A DNA stretch of 64,000 nucleotides, taken from positions 15,376,001 through 15,440,000 of the forward strand of contig JBHGNT010000015.1 of the NCBI GenBank assembly GCA_043228905.1, given 5' to 3'. The position numbers were made by a program, and so were the translations under genes. Below are positions 47,858-60,722 of this stretch, piece by piece. Each line of letters begins with the position of its first letter. The first letter of the stretch is position 1. A model generated the notes under the pieces. It did not search any database. It saw nothing but the letters and a program-made list of their open reading frames with translations, and was not told the DNA's origin. This DNA comes from Azolla caroliniana. Its lineage: Eukaryota; Plantae; Polypodiophyta.

Positions 47858-49407
47858 ATCATGAATTTAAGAAATTATGTAGGGTTTAGGGTTTAGGATA
47901 CATCCAGAAAGATGCAATGTATCCAATTGGTAACAAAAGTTGTAGTGAGCACAATTTACAAACAATCAGTGTCATGCTTAAACTTAAGGAAACCATAATA
48001 GAGACTTTAGATATCCACATCAAACAAACTATGGATCCCCCAACCCTAGGCTTAGACCTAGAACTCGAACAAGCTATAAAGTAAGATTTGGATTTAGATT
48101 CACTTCCAAAGCTAGCTCAGGTATTGACCTCCATATGAAGATTAACCTAACAATAAGAAGGAATTATTTCACAGAATGAAAACCCTCACAATAAGAAAAC
48201 CATGAGAGAAAGACATGAAGAGAAGTCATGAGAGCAAAAGCAAGCCAATAGAGACGGCTACAAAAAGAAATGCCCAAAAGAACAACATGAGAGTGAGTGA
48301 GTTAGAAGCCGTGATAAGAAAGTCGGGAAGAGAATGCACAAGAATAAGAGATGAAATCAAGTCACAATGAGAAACGTACGAAGGAAAGACACAATAAGAG
48401 TCATGAACCAAAAGACAAGATGAAAACAAGTCACGATGAGAAAGGTACAAGGAAAGCCACATGAAAGGAAGGCAAGTCATAATGAGAAAAATTCAAAAGA
48501 ACTCATGATCAACAAGAAGCTCACGAAAGGGGTCTCATGATGGGCTTATATATGATGCAAATGTGATACGTATCACATAATGGAACCACAATATCACACA
48601 ATACAAGATAAGGTGATGGCCAATGTTGCCACTAACCTTGGTATAGTACTCTCTATTTGATGCCTAACTGATGTTGTCAAAAGTAGATTATTGCTTAAAT
48701 ACTTCAATATATTATTATTTATTTGGACATAAACTCCATTGAGTGATACAATCAAGGATCTACTTAACTTTTGCAACCTCATCAATATGCCAACAAAAGC
48801 AACAATAAATTGCAATATTTCTAAGGAATTAACATAATTCATGTCCAGTCTTCTAATTTTAGAAAGCATACAATTTGTCGGACCACCACAAGGACAACAT
48901 TTATGATCTCATACACTTTTCACTTGAAATCAAGTTGTAACAAATGATTGTTTGCCATAACGTTTATCCTTCCAAAACAAGATAAACATAATAATTGGGA
49001 AGCTATATTTGCATGTACCCTAGTTTCTTATGTGATGGACTTAGAAAAATCAGTGTAAATAATTAAAGATAGTTGCTAAAGATGGACTCCTACTTTGAAA
49101 ATAACCACTGTTGGACCCACCCTAATAGAATGGTGATTTGGGTGAGATTAATAACTTCTACATTGCATTGCCAAACACATAAACCAAGGAACCTAACGAA
49201 ATGAAGAGGGTAGGTTTATTAACCATCTACATTGCATTACGTGGCTCATAAACCTTCTATGGCACATTGTATTGCAAAGACAAGTGATTTCTTTAGTGGA
49301 GGAATCTTTGAAGGAAAATAAATTCTAATTGTTGGATCCAACACAAAGGAAAACGTTATAAACAGTACAACACAAGAACAAGATGCCTTAAATAATTCTC
49401 TTCTTAG

Positions 49408-49919
49408 TCATAAGAAAATGGGACTTGGCCACAACCGAGTTTCAGTACAAACGAAGAGAAACAGAAATACAAAAATGTTGGACACAAGATATTAACATGG
49501 AAAACCCTAAATGGGAAAAAAACCACGGGAGTTCACTAACTCCAAACTGTTCTCTATATGAGAGGAAATACAGCGAGCCTCATAGGCACCTACCTCAAGC
49601 TCATCTTCTTCACCTACAAGCGGTTACAACAGAAATGCAACGCTTCTCTCTCCCTCCGTCTCTCACACAGTTACAAGTCTACAGTCACAACTTAAAGTTT
49701 TGCCCTAGTTATCTTTATACGTACACAACTTAGGACTATTTACAAATCTGGCCTAAATAGGCACAACACAAAGAGAAACCTATTTACATGTGTCCTTTTC
49801 TGAATACCTATCTGGATTCGATCTTGACGCCGATCCAGATCCGATCTTTCTCTTCCTTCGGATCCGACTGATCCAACTCGTGCTCTCTTGCCCATCCGGA
49901 GGGACATGTTTTCCCAACA
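49408..49919 (-). mobile_element. Solo LTR related to 12434-13046, opposite orientation
   Basis: TSD CTTAG at 49403-49407 and 49920-49924; ends ...tcccaaca. Shares reverse-complement blocks ggccacaaccgagt and tggaaaaccctaaatgggaaaaa...ccacgggagt with the 12434 LTR. Confidence 0.8.
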
Positions 49920-50044
49920 CTTAGATCCTCGCAAGAGTACTTCAACAAGTTATATTTACTTTGACATTAACTAAATCTAATCGATACAATCAAGGGTAAA
50001 ACTCTACTTTTACTGACTTGTCAATGTAGCTAGTAAAAGATCAC

Positions 50045-50520
50045 GTGTACCTTTGTGCCACCTTTTTAGCATCCATGTATGCATGCATTAGTTGATATGG
50101 AGATAACCATTTGGTTGGTTTGGCTACCAACTAATGCATGCTAAAAAGGTGGCACAAAGGCACAAAGGTACACCACACCATGAAGTCTTGCGCTTGCTAA
50201 AAGGTGGCACAAAGGTACACCACACTGCATTTGACATATTTCTAACACCTACAAGTTGTTGGATTCTACAAGGATTGAATTAATGAGCTTTCACATGTAA
50301 AACAAATGTGGTAACTATCATTGACCCCTCGCAGCCACGGGTTCCAACAAAAGTGACAATAAATCACAAATCCACGGGTTCCAACAAAAGTGACAATAAA
50401 TCACAAAGTTTCTAACCAATCTGCATTTGACATATTTCTAGTAACTACAAATTGTTGGACCTCTACATAGATCGAATTAATGAGCTTTCACATAGTGAAG
50501 CGAATGTGATAACCATTACC
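50045..50520. repeat. Hairpin-forming inverted repeat plus local direct duplications
   Basis: gtgtacctttgtgccacctttttagca...gcatgcattagttg pairs with caactaatgcatgctaaaaaggtggcacaaagg; a third arm copy lies near 50195. Also a ~37-bp tandem at 50335-50407 and a ~95-bp repeat starting near 50225 and 50421. Confidence 0.85.
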
Positions 50521-53022
50521 GGCCCAAGTTGATTCAATGGGTTTCAATGAGTGCAACCATTCTTCCTTTTCCCAATATCTACACTATACTATGACATCTT
50601 GAAATTAGATTCCTCAAAGAAAGTGCGCTAAGTGGGCTATTACCGAGAGGATCTCAAGGGTCACATCAGCGGCTGAACCATCAGCTCGAACCACTTGCCT
50701 CCTGTTCACAAAGAACCCCACACTCTATAAAGTCATTTACTCAGTCGTTCAATCCTTACCTTCACAAGTCTCAAGTTCAAACAAGTCTTCCCTTGAATTA
50801 TTTCACCCTAACCTTTACAGCACAGCAACTTAAGACACACTTTACCTTCACATTCCTTATCCAACCACCATTCACAGTTCACTATGTCTTGCACATGCAT
50901 ACCACTGATGAGTGTAGAGATGAGCAGAAGAATAAATATATGAGCATCGCGGGAACCAATAGATAGCATATATTACAATATAATTACCAGATTAGGTTCA
51001 GTTATAATCCTTTGAGAACGTGGTCCTTGACTAGTCAACCCATTCATAGCTTAAAGACTCTTTTATGTTTCACAGTTCAACAAGATCAAATTCCGGCCTC
51101 TAATTATTGTTTTTTGTTTGAAAGACTTAAGAAGAAATATTCAGTAATCATATTCTAATTTGGAAATGCATGTTTTTACAAAACTATATATAAAGTAGGA
51201 GTTTTGTGTTTTCGTGCATAGCAGAAAGGCGACTAGCCCAGAGGATGCTGAAAACCGAAATAAGTCAAAGCAAACGATGATAGAGACTACTTTACCAAAT
51301 CCAAAATTTGTAAGGTTTATGGCTGACTTATATTCTTGCCACTCCAGAATTTACTCCTTCAAAGATCACGAACGTTTGGTTTATTATTGTTTCAAGTAAC
51401 TATTTTCGATTACTATAAAACTATACCTTACTAAGATTTCTACTATTGTCGAGAACCTAGTTTCCATAGGCTTACATGAATGAGCTTTCAACCTGAATTC
51501 AAATACTGAGTCATAGACACCATTGCCTCATCTAATCACTGCTCTCTCAGATGAGAGGCATAGTCCATGAGTTAGTTTTGCTTTTCCAAAAGCCACCACC
51601 TATTCTTTTTGAATACAAATCAATTAACTCCACATAATTATGTAAACGTAAAAAAGCTCCAGTTTTTATTCGATTGTTTAATTAATTTCTCACGGAGATG
51701 GTGTTCGGGAGTAGGTGAATCTTATGAGTCTCAGATTTATGTGTTAATTAAAGATGACACAAAAGTTTAGTCATTTTTTCATCTTACAGTTTTTTGTATA
51801 TGTTTAATTTATGTTTAACAAGGCAAAATCTTGAGTCATATGCTCCATTACTTTGCATCTTTTGTTTCTTCTAATTCTTAATCTGTAAATATACTTACCA
51901 GGCTGTATGGGCATTAGGGAATGATAGCTTACCTGGTGATTCATTGGTTTGCAGATATTGGGTCCTCAGTCATGGTGTTGCTATGTTTTTCCTCTTCTTT
52001 GCCAACTTAATGAAAATGCAAAGCTGTCATCAATGGCTCAGGAGAAGCCTCTTTCAAAACTGTGACATAGAAACTGCATCTTTGTTTCAATCAGTTTTTA
52101 TAGACATTTTCTTCTCCTTTACGGTACTACGGATTATTTATCTATATAGGATTATTAATCACTTGGACAACCTACCACCATGGACAATACCCCAGTTGCA
52201 TGGATGTACAGAGATGTGACTTTGGATGACATATTTTTGCAATTCGAGATAAACAAGAGATTTAGATCATCATGAGAAATTTTTAAAGAAATGATTTGCC
52301 AGGCACATTCACTTCATTTTTTCGTGAACAATTGGGAGTTATAGCTGTGACCCATTCCCCCATACATACCTAGGCTGTGAATCACAATTGACGGATGTTC
52401 CTGATTTAAAACATATTCATGTGAAGGAAGCCTAGGATCCTTCAACAAGAGACATGGAAAAACAAAGACCCAGTCATTCAGGTCTTGATTGAAAACAAAG
52501 AAATCCATGTGAAGGGAGACTAGGAGCCTACAACAAAAGACACGAAAAACATAGAGCCCAGTGATGGAGGCCTTCGAATTTCAATAATGAAAAAATAGGA
52601 GTAATAAAGAGTAAGAAATAATTTTGCGTAAATGAGAAGTATAAACTAGAACACAATTATCACTACCATTAAAGTTTGGGCGTATGAAATCCTCACAAAA
52701 TTGACATCTACCTTCACAATCTCACCCAGCAATCAACGGCCGATTATTGAATGAGAACAAAAACAAAATTGCAAAATTGAGAAACGAAACCATCACTACA
52801 ATTAAATTCTCAAGTGTGCATTGTTCGTAGATCAACATGGAGACCGTTTGTAGATCCACATGCCAGAACTCCAATCAGATCATTGATACTCTTATCACTA
52901 AGACCAAGAGCATCAAAGAGTGCTTGTACGCTTGTAACCATTGTAAAGTGGTAATGGCCAAATCAGCACAAGCATGATTTTTATAACTCACTTGGCATTT
53001 TTCAGGGGTTTACGCAGTAGCT

Positions 53023-56000
53023 TCATACTACCGTTCCATCCTTGATGGTTGAATTCTTTGGTATGACAGTTATCCCAGAGCGGATGTAGAATCCATCCTC
53101 AGACCTGTCACCTTCTTCCACATTCTGAAACCCAACCAAACGAACCACATCAAAGTGCATTAGTTGGAATGCTTATAATAATAATACATTATTGACAAAA
53201 AAAATAAACAGTAATAACCATCTCAACAAACAGGGAGAAACTAAAACTGAAGGGGTGTGATCTATTCCAACAATTAGATATGATAAAATGTTCAGGGTTG
53301 CATGAGTTCGCAAACGTTATAAAAGGATTTAGCCTTAAATGACAAATATCGTACATACCGCGGAATTTGTCAATATAACATTCTTCCCAATTCTTGCATT
53401 TTTGTCAATTATGCAATTCCTGCAATGCCACAAATAGCATGAATGTCATATCTTCAAAACCAGAACCACAACTCGAAAGATGGATACATATAGTCCTCCC
53501 AACTAAGGTTAGGTTCTCAATAGTGACCATTTTTGTTTCAAATCCTTTCCATTAATAAGATCACATTCACCTACCTTATTCTTGAGTTTTCTCCAACACC
53601 AATTGGCACTTTTCCTTGTGCCAAAAGAGCTGCTCGTTCAGCATCAGTTTCATAATAATCAGCACCAAGCATAACAGTGTCCTAAAAATCAACCTCAGGC
53701 GTAAGGTACTAACGTTGAAATTTGCCCATCAGTCAGCACGTACATGATGGATTTCACACTGGACAAACCTTTAATTCCACAGAATTTTCGATGCGTGATC
53801 TGATGCCGACAATTGAGTGCTCTACTGCGCAATCTTGTAAGAAACAGCCATGTGAAATAATAGATTCAACTACCTACAGTTTGAGGATTGAGATAAGCAA
53901 CTCAGATTTTCAGATATTGAGTCCACTTCTTGGTAGGATGACAAAACTGAGTCCACTTACCCTACAGCAATCCACTTTAGTTGGTGGAAGGTATCTCGGA
54001 GATGTGTAAATGGGCTTAGCAGCATCATAGAAACTGAATTGTGGTGGCTTGCATGGGAGAAGCAATGAGTCAGCATGATATAGGTATCTACAATATAATC
54101 AGTCCATACCTACAGTTGTCTACAGTGACATGAAAATTGATCTCAGTTTGAATATAGTCTTTTGTACATTTAAATGTATACCTGGGCAGTAAGAGCAAGA
54201 TTGGCCTCATAGAAAGATCTGATTGTTCCAATATCCTCCCAATAGCCATTAAACAAGTATGCCTGTATATTTTAAGCATTAATTATTCCAACTCCATAAA
54301 TCAGTGGGTACCTTGGAAATGAGTTGCAATTGTAAATAAAGGACTTAAGAATATATCATCCCAATCTGTAAATGTACACGTACTACATATTCGCGATTCA
54401 ATAGATATCACACAGTTACCTTCACATTGAATTCTTTTGCAGATGCAGGAATGATTTCTGAGCCAAAATCATTTGCTGTGGGAAATCTCCACCTATAAAA
54501 GAGATAAAGGCAAAAATTTCAATACCTGACAACCCTGGGTATTTCCTTGAATGCTTTTCAATCCAGCTAAAATGCTACCTAAGGAGGTTCAGAAGGATGT
54601 CTTTTTTGAAGACATACACACCCATGGATGCAATGTAAGGAGATTGCTTTGCTGCCTCTGGATCAAGGCCCAGAACAGTTGTGTCCACTTGCTGATTTAA
54701 TATATATTCGATAAATAAGACCAGCAGTTTTACTTTTCTCTATAAATGTGACATGAGTAGACTAGTCTTGATGACAATTTACCATAGCTTTCAGATCATC
54801 TCCTTTTGGCTTCTCCGAAAAATATAGAACTCGACCATTGTTATCGATTTTCATTAAACCATAGTCCGACGCACGACTGCATCAAGAAAGCCTTAGCTAT
54901 TCAAATAGGCAAACAGAATGAATATGAGACATGTGAAGTGGCTGATATAATTTGGAACTGTGGCCAAGATCAGAGAAATTTACTGTGTTTCTAGTCATTC
55001 CATAAAAAATGAATAGAAATTCAGCCAGGTGAGTTGGTAGCAGGCACCCTTAAAGATTAATCGCCAAAGAAGGAGAATTGATTACAGTTATACTCAGCCT
55101 ACCTGTCATCAATGGGCACACAGGAAATCGTTATATCGGCATCAGTGTCTTTGTGCTTCTGCAACGAGGCATCATATCCAAATTTACACAATCCTTCGGC
55201 TCAATTGTAAAAGTTTATTCGTGTGAAGGCAAGATTGTAACCTGAGCAAAGTCCATGTAATCCATTCGGTACAAATGATCACCCGAGAGGATAACAACAT
55301 GTTCAATATCTGCATTCTTAGGATCCTGTGTACGAGATGAACTTTTGTATGAATCACATGGAACTAACACATAACTGAAACAACGAACGTGTAAACTTAA
55401 GTTTCAGACATAGCATGGGGACCACCGTGCAGAAAACGAACCTCCAAAAGCCAGGTAAACTGCCGGACAGCATCAGCTGTACCTTGGAACCAATTCATTC
55501 CAGTCTCTCCAGGTCTTTGTGTTGCTGCCAAGACCTGGAAAAAAACTCGTTTTAACTAGCTGTAGAATCATATGATTTAGACTAATTAACTTACTACCCT
55601 TATAGTGCAGTGTCCTTAATCTTTGACAATTTTATGAGACCCTAGTTCACATAAATATTTTGATGTTACTAGAAGATCCTAATTCAAATAATTTTTTGAA
55701 GTTATTACAAGATCCTAGTTCAAATACGAAAGAAACAGTGTAAGTGCTCTTATATTCATGGGCCTTAGAAGACCCAAGTACCTCAACAAATCCATCACCA
55801 AAGTTGACACCATTCCCAAAATTGTAAGTCTTGGCAAGGTGGCGATTAAGAGACTGTGAATTGAACTGCGTGAGGATAAAAACTTTGTTGATGCCACTGT
55901 TAATACAGTTGCTCATAGGCACATCAATTAAACGATAAGCACCTCCAATAGGTACCTAATGTTCAAGAAACATGAAGATCGGAATTTGATATAAATCAAC

Positions 56001-57121
56001 CAGGCTAGAGCATGATGATCCCATCATGACATCTTATGACAACAAATGTCAGAAAATGACACATTGGAAGAACATTGAATCAGTTCAGGAGACCATGCTT
56101 ACCGCTGGTTTTGCACGTTGCTTTGTAAGAGGGAATAACCGAGTTCCAGCGCCTCCTCCGAGGATGATCGATAAGACCGATGAAGGCTCAATACGTGGTT
56201 TTTCTGTAGCCAGATTCTGCAGAAAACAATTGCCATATCGAAATGTATCATGGGAGATGCCAAGTAATTGAACTGAATGAAATTCATTTCAACGTTGGAG
56301 CTTTAGTTCACGATCACACTATAGGTTCATCAGGCTAGGTTCATGGATATCTTGATGGATGGATGGATGATAAATCAAGAACATAGGAGCTTGAAGAAAC
56401 TTTGTTTTTGTGGATTCATCTTCAGCCTGCTAAAACTTTGAAAACCTACATTATAGGCTTTCTACACACTACGGTCACATATATAGAAATTGGGATTATT
56501 GAGACTTGGTCGAAGCCAAACTTAACAGTGTTTGGAATGGAAACTTTAATGTACATTACAAGATTAGCTCATACGTTTGCCAGTAGCAGGGGGGATTTGA
56601 ATATTTTGTAATACAGTACCGTGTTTCACCATAGTGACCAGAGAGATTAGCAATTTAGCTCATGCATTTCTCTCCATATTGTGGAAACATGGATGAGGTA
56701 TACATTACAGGATTAGCTCATGCATTTCTCTCCATCTTGATGGCAAAGAAGAATAAGCCAAGGAAAGTAGAATATTGACAGTGAAACGCATTAACTAGGA
56801 AACCAAGAATACCTGTGCAATCGCCTGTGCAGAAACGTTATGAGAAACAGTAGCAGAAGAGGAGGAAGAAGCAAAAGAGCAGGAAGGGAAGCGGACATCA
56901 CAAGGTGATCTGTTGACCTGGTATACTAACTGAGGGAAGCTTCGCCGTGAAGACGAAATAGAAGGAGGTGGAGGAAGAACGAGAAGGGAAGAAGAACCTG
57001 AAAGAAACGATGAAGAAGAAGAAGCAGAATATGATGATGATGATGATAATGATGATGATGCCGTGGCAGAAAGAGAGGTCGAGCTCGACAGAAAGTTATA
57101 CTGAGCAGAAGCAGCCGCCAT
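53023..57121 (-). CDS. APL1: ADP-glucose pyrophosphorylase (glucose-1-phosphate adenylyltransferase) large subunit, plastid-targeted, APL1-like; 15 exons, about 550 aa
   Basis: Exons 57121-56813, 56216-56103, 55955-55782, 55534-55442, 55325-55242, 55158-55103, 54876-54783, 54691-54579, 54492-54420, 54262-54182, 54047-53961, 53873-53769, 53681-53575, 53419-53359 and 53124-53023 (1653 nt, GT-AG). Motifs [87 protein letters not shown]...KDGTVV*; Ser-rich transit peptide. Exon 1 is less certain than the rest. Confidence 0.95.
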
Positions 57122-57334
57122 GACGGAAACAAACGTCAACAACAGACGAACCCTAACCCTAATGCTTTGAGGGACAACCAAAAAAAAAGAAAAAACGTGA
57201 TCCCCCTAACCCTGCTTCTTGCTGCGATCAGACGTTCTTCTTTCTTCTTTCTTCTTTCTTCTTCTTCACAGACAAGCTCCCTGAATCAGAGGAAAGAGAG
57301 GCACTGAGTCCTGTGATCAGAAAGAAATCCAAGA

Positions 57335-57392
57335 CCCTAACCCTAACCCTAACCCTAACCCTAACCCTAACCCTAACCCTAACCCTAACCCT
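57335..57392 (-). repeat. (CCCTAA)9, i.e. (TTAGGG)9 on the gene strand, upstream of the AGPase ATG
   Basis: Nine perfect hexamers plus ccct; shorter aaccctaaccctaa near 57149-57162. Confidence 0.95.
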
Positions 57393-57621
57393 GACGATTG
57401 TCTGATTCTGGTTCTGATCAGAACCTCTAAATCTTCGTATTTTCCTTCTTCGTCTTCGTCGTCGGTGTTCTCTCTCTCTATCTTCTCTCTCTCACACAGG
57501 AAATGGCAAGCTCTACAGAGATCGCGTTTCCTTCCGCCTTCAGATCTGGGCCGTCCGAATCGCCACCCCTCTCCCATCCCATCCGACGGTCCTCCTTCAC
57601 CTACACATCCTTTTCCAGAAA

Positions 57622-57653
57622 ATATTATATATATATATTCCATAAATCAATAA

Positions 57654-57699
<46 letters not shown>

Positions 57700-57860
57700 T
57701 GTACATATATACATATAATATATATATATATATATATACATATCTTTATACATACATATATATAATATATTCCATTAATATATATCTACATATATGTATG
57801 TACATATATAATAATATATGTATAATTTACATATATCTTTGTATATTGAATTAATATATT
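57622..57860. repeat. (TA)n-rich microsatellite region
   Basis: Visible directly. Confidence 0.9.
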
Positions 57861-58439
57861 CTTCCCCCTTTTTTTTAGCTTTTTAACGCATTTCTCGCTC
57901 TGTTAATTTGTTTTATTTAAACCGAATAAAATAAACAACCCACCACATATATGTACATACATGCATACGTAAACATTCGGTTAAGTGCGTGTCCACTTAA
58001 AGTGTACCATTTTTCTATTAAGTGCGCTTTTTTTTTTTACCATAAAACATATGCTCCATTGGTATTAATAAAAAGCCCGAAGGCAGTATACAAATAGTAC
58101 ATAATATTGTTTCATCTCCACCAGTATATCTGAAATGATTCTAGTATTTGTAAAAACTGTTGGGAAAAAAAACAGCCATAAAACATAGCATTGATTCCAG
58201 TGATCTGCTGCGGATTCCATGTCCTCCGTCTTTCCAATCATATGTGTCAGGTGTAAGAAGATTTCCGTCTCTGTAAGAAGATTCAGCATCCCAACAGAAA
58301 CAGTTGCAAACAGATCTGAAGTGATTCCAGCATTTGTAAAAACTGTTGGGGAGACAAAAACAGACCATGAAAATGAAATGTACTATACTAATCTCCACCT
58401 CTCACCCCATTTGCTTCGATCCCCACAACTTATTCACTC

Positions 58440-58850
58440 TCCCTTCATGATGTGCTTCGGCCCCCTCACCATCATCACTCCTAAAAACAACCAAATTGCT
58501 TCATTCAATCCACCTCCACCATCTCGCCGAATGCCACCAATGTCTTGTGGAATTAACAACAAAATAAATAAAAAATTCCTCATCCCCTCATGAGCTGCTT
58601 CGATCCTCCCCACCATCATCACTCCTAAAACAGACACATTGCTTCCTTTAGTCCACATCCACCATCTCGCCGAATAGCACCAATGTCCTGTGCAATGAAT
58701 CAACAAAAATGAGAAATTGTTCCTCATTCCCTCATAATTTGCTTCGTTCCCCCACACCATCGTCACTCCTAAAAACAGAGAAATTGCTTCAATCAAACCA
58801 CATCCACCATCTCGCCGAATACCACCTCTGACCTATACAAAAAACAACAA
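58440..58850. repeat. ~144-bp tandem repeat (about 3 copies) in the pogo element's 3' region
   Basis: caccatc(a/g)tcactcctaaaa at 58467, 58611 and 58755; ccaccatctcgccgaat three times. Confidence 0.88.
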
Positions 58851-59110
58851 AAACAAGTGCGCTTTTTTTTCGAGGTCAAAAATCCAGATCAAAGAAATTC
58901 CATTGTTTCAGGATATAATTACATCAAGCCAAATAGAAATTTGTTCTGAACATTTAGAAAACAGCGAAATGATCAACAAAATATATGATTTTTAGTCTTT
59001 CTCTACTTCATACCAAAATCATGTAAGGTCATTTGCCTACTTTTAGCGATATGCTTAGAAACAATGCCAGAATTTGTTTCTTGAATGATTCGACAAACAC
59101 TTGATAAAGC

Positions 59111-60722
59111 TTATTGTACTTGCTTTGCTTTTTCGGAACTCAAGTAAGTTGTTGTTGTGATTGAATTGAGCATGAGTTCACAATCAACAATATATTTCAA
59201 GAGTTCAGGAATAATCACATCTTCTTCCTTTAAGCATCCATGCATGTCTTGAATCTCAACAAACTCAGAATCTAAATTGTTTTCATCATATGCAAGTGGT
59301 TCATTGGCGTTTGAAGCTTGTGTTATAACTTCATCAATCTCTTCAAGGAGATTTTGGTTAAGTTTTTCTGATTCATTTGAATCTGCATTTACACATTCCA
59401 TGATCTCATCTTGAATTTATTCTACATGTGCATTTTCGAGCAAATTGCAATTACATAGCAAAGCAACAAGATCATCAATGCATTGATCTTCCATTTCACT
59501 GTTTTCTGAATCAACATCATTAACATGAAATGATGGAATAATATCTGCCTTTCTATAGCAATTAAAAATTGTCTCCTGCTTGATCTCATTCCAAGCAGTA
59601 ACAATGAGATTCGCAACATCTAGCAAATGTGGTGACTTTCCAAAAGCTAAACCAATAGAGCCTCTTCTCATACGTTTCGTGACATCTTCCAAACGAATCT
59701 TACCATAATCTAGACTATCATTGATATGCCAATATTTCTCTTATCAAATTATATTTATACCTCTTTTTCAAAGCTACAATGATTCCCATATCGGACATCA
59801 GTTGCTTCCACGATGTGACATTTGCCGGGAAAAAAATCACTTTGATAACAACATGCTCAAATGCTTCGACATGACCGGGTGCATTATCAAGGATTAAAAG
59901 CACTTTGTGTTTAGTTCAAGAACGAACAAATGATACAAACACTTGATCAAACCACTTATTAAAGCAAGGGATATCAATCCAAGCATTTCCTTGCGATACA
60001 TAAGGTAATGGCCATGAATTTCCAATAATACAAGCAGGTTCCTTAGCCTTACAGTTGCATTACAACAAACAACTAAGGTAACTCTATCTAACAATTTTTT
60101 CTTACCTCGAATTGTTGTCGGATCTTCACTAGGCAAAAGCACTGTGTATCTTGGAGATAATCGAAAAAACAAACCAGTTTCATCCATATTGTAAACATTG
60201 TTAGGATCATACTCATTGACTATAACATAAAGCCTTTCCAAAGAAGCCAACAATTCAGGGTCATTTCTATCAATTGCCTTCACCATAGAAATTAATAGTA
60301 TTCAAACATTGACGATGATGAAATTTCCTAAACCAGCCCCAAGTTGCTTGGAAGTCATCGTCAGAAATATTCATTTCTGATGCCAATCGTCGAGCCTTCT
60401 CCATAATAATGGATGGAGGCAAGGCAATTGACAATCGACGAGATGCATCAATCCAAGCATACACACGTTCCTCTAATTCAAGATATTTTCATTTTGATCC
60501 TCTAAAAGTTTTTTTTCTTGCATTCTAATCTTTTTGTTGAGCATGCAATCGTATCTCATCTTTCTTCTTGATCAAACTTCTAATAGAGGATTCACTTACA
60601 CCAATTTGTCTACCTATGTTATGAAGAGAAGGAGATGATGGTTGTTCCACTAATTCCAAAATTTGTAGCCTTTGTTCATAATTCAAACGAAGTCCAGCAC
60701 CTCGCTTATGGGTTAAATTCAT
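59111..60722 (-). pseudogene. pogo-family (CENP-B-like) transposase pseudogene: HTH, HTH_Tnp_Tc5-like, DDE_1
   Basis: RLNYEQRLQIL...IGRQIGVSESSI, FQATWGWFRKF, VYNMDETGLFFR, DRVTLVVCCNA, LLILDNAPGH, FFPANVTSWKQ..DMGII..LKKRY, AWNEIKQETIFNCYRKA; broken by stops and frameshifts. Confidence 0.9.

Noticed and set aside
47881-47897. TTTAGGG repeated about 2.5 times
   Set aside because: Too short to call an interstitial telomere.
48190-48870. Purine-rich degenerate repeats and a 91-aa minus-strand ORF
   Set aside because: Low complexity with no recognisable motif; probably TE debris.
56401-56426. Possible AGPase micro-exon (AEDESTKT) in intron 1
   Set aside because: The 26-nt AG..GT segment would shift the frame; exons 1 and 2 already join in phase 0.
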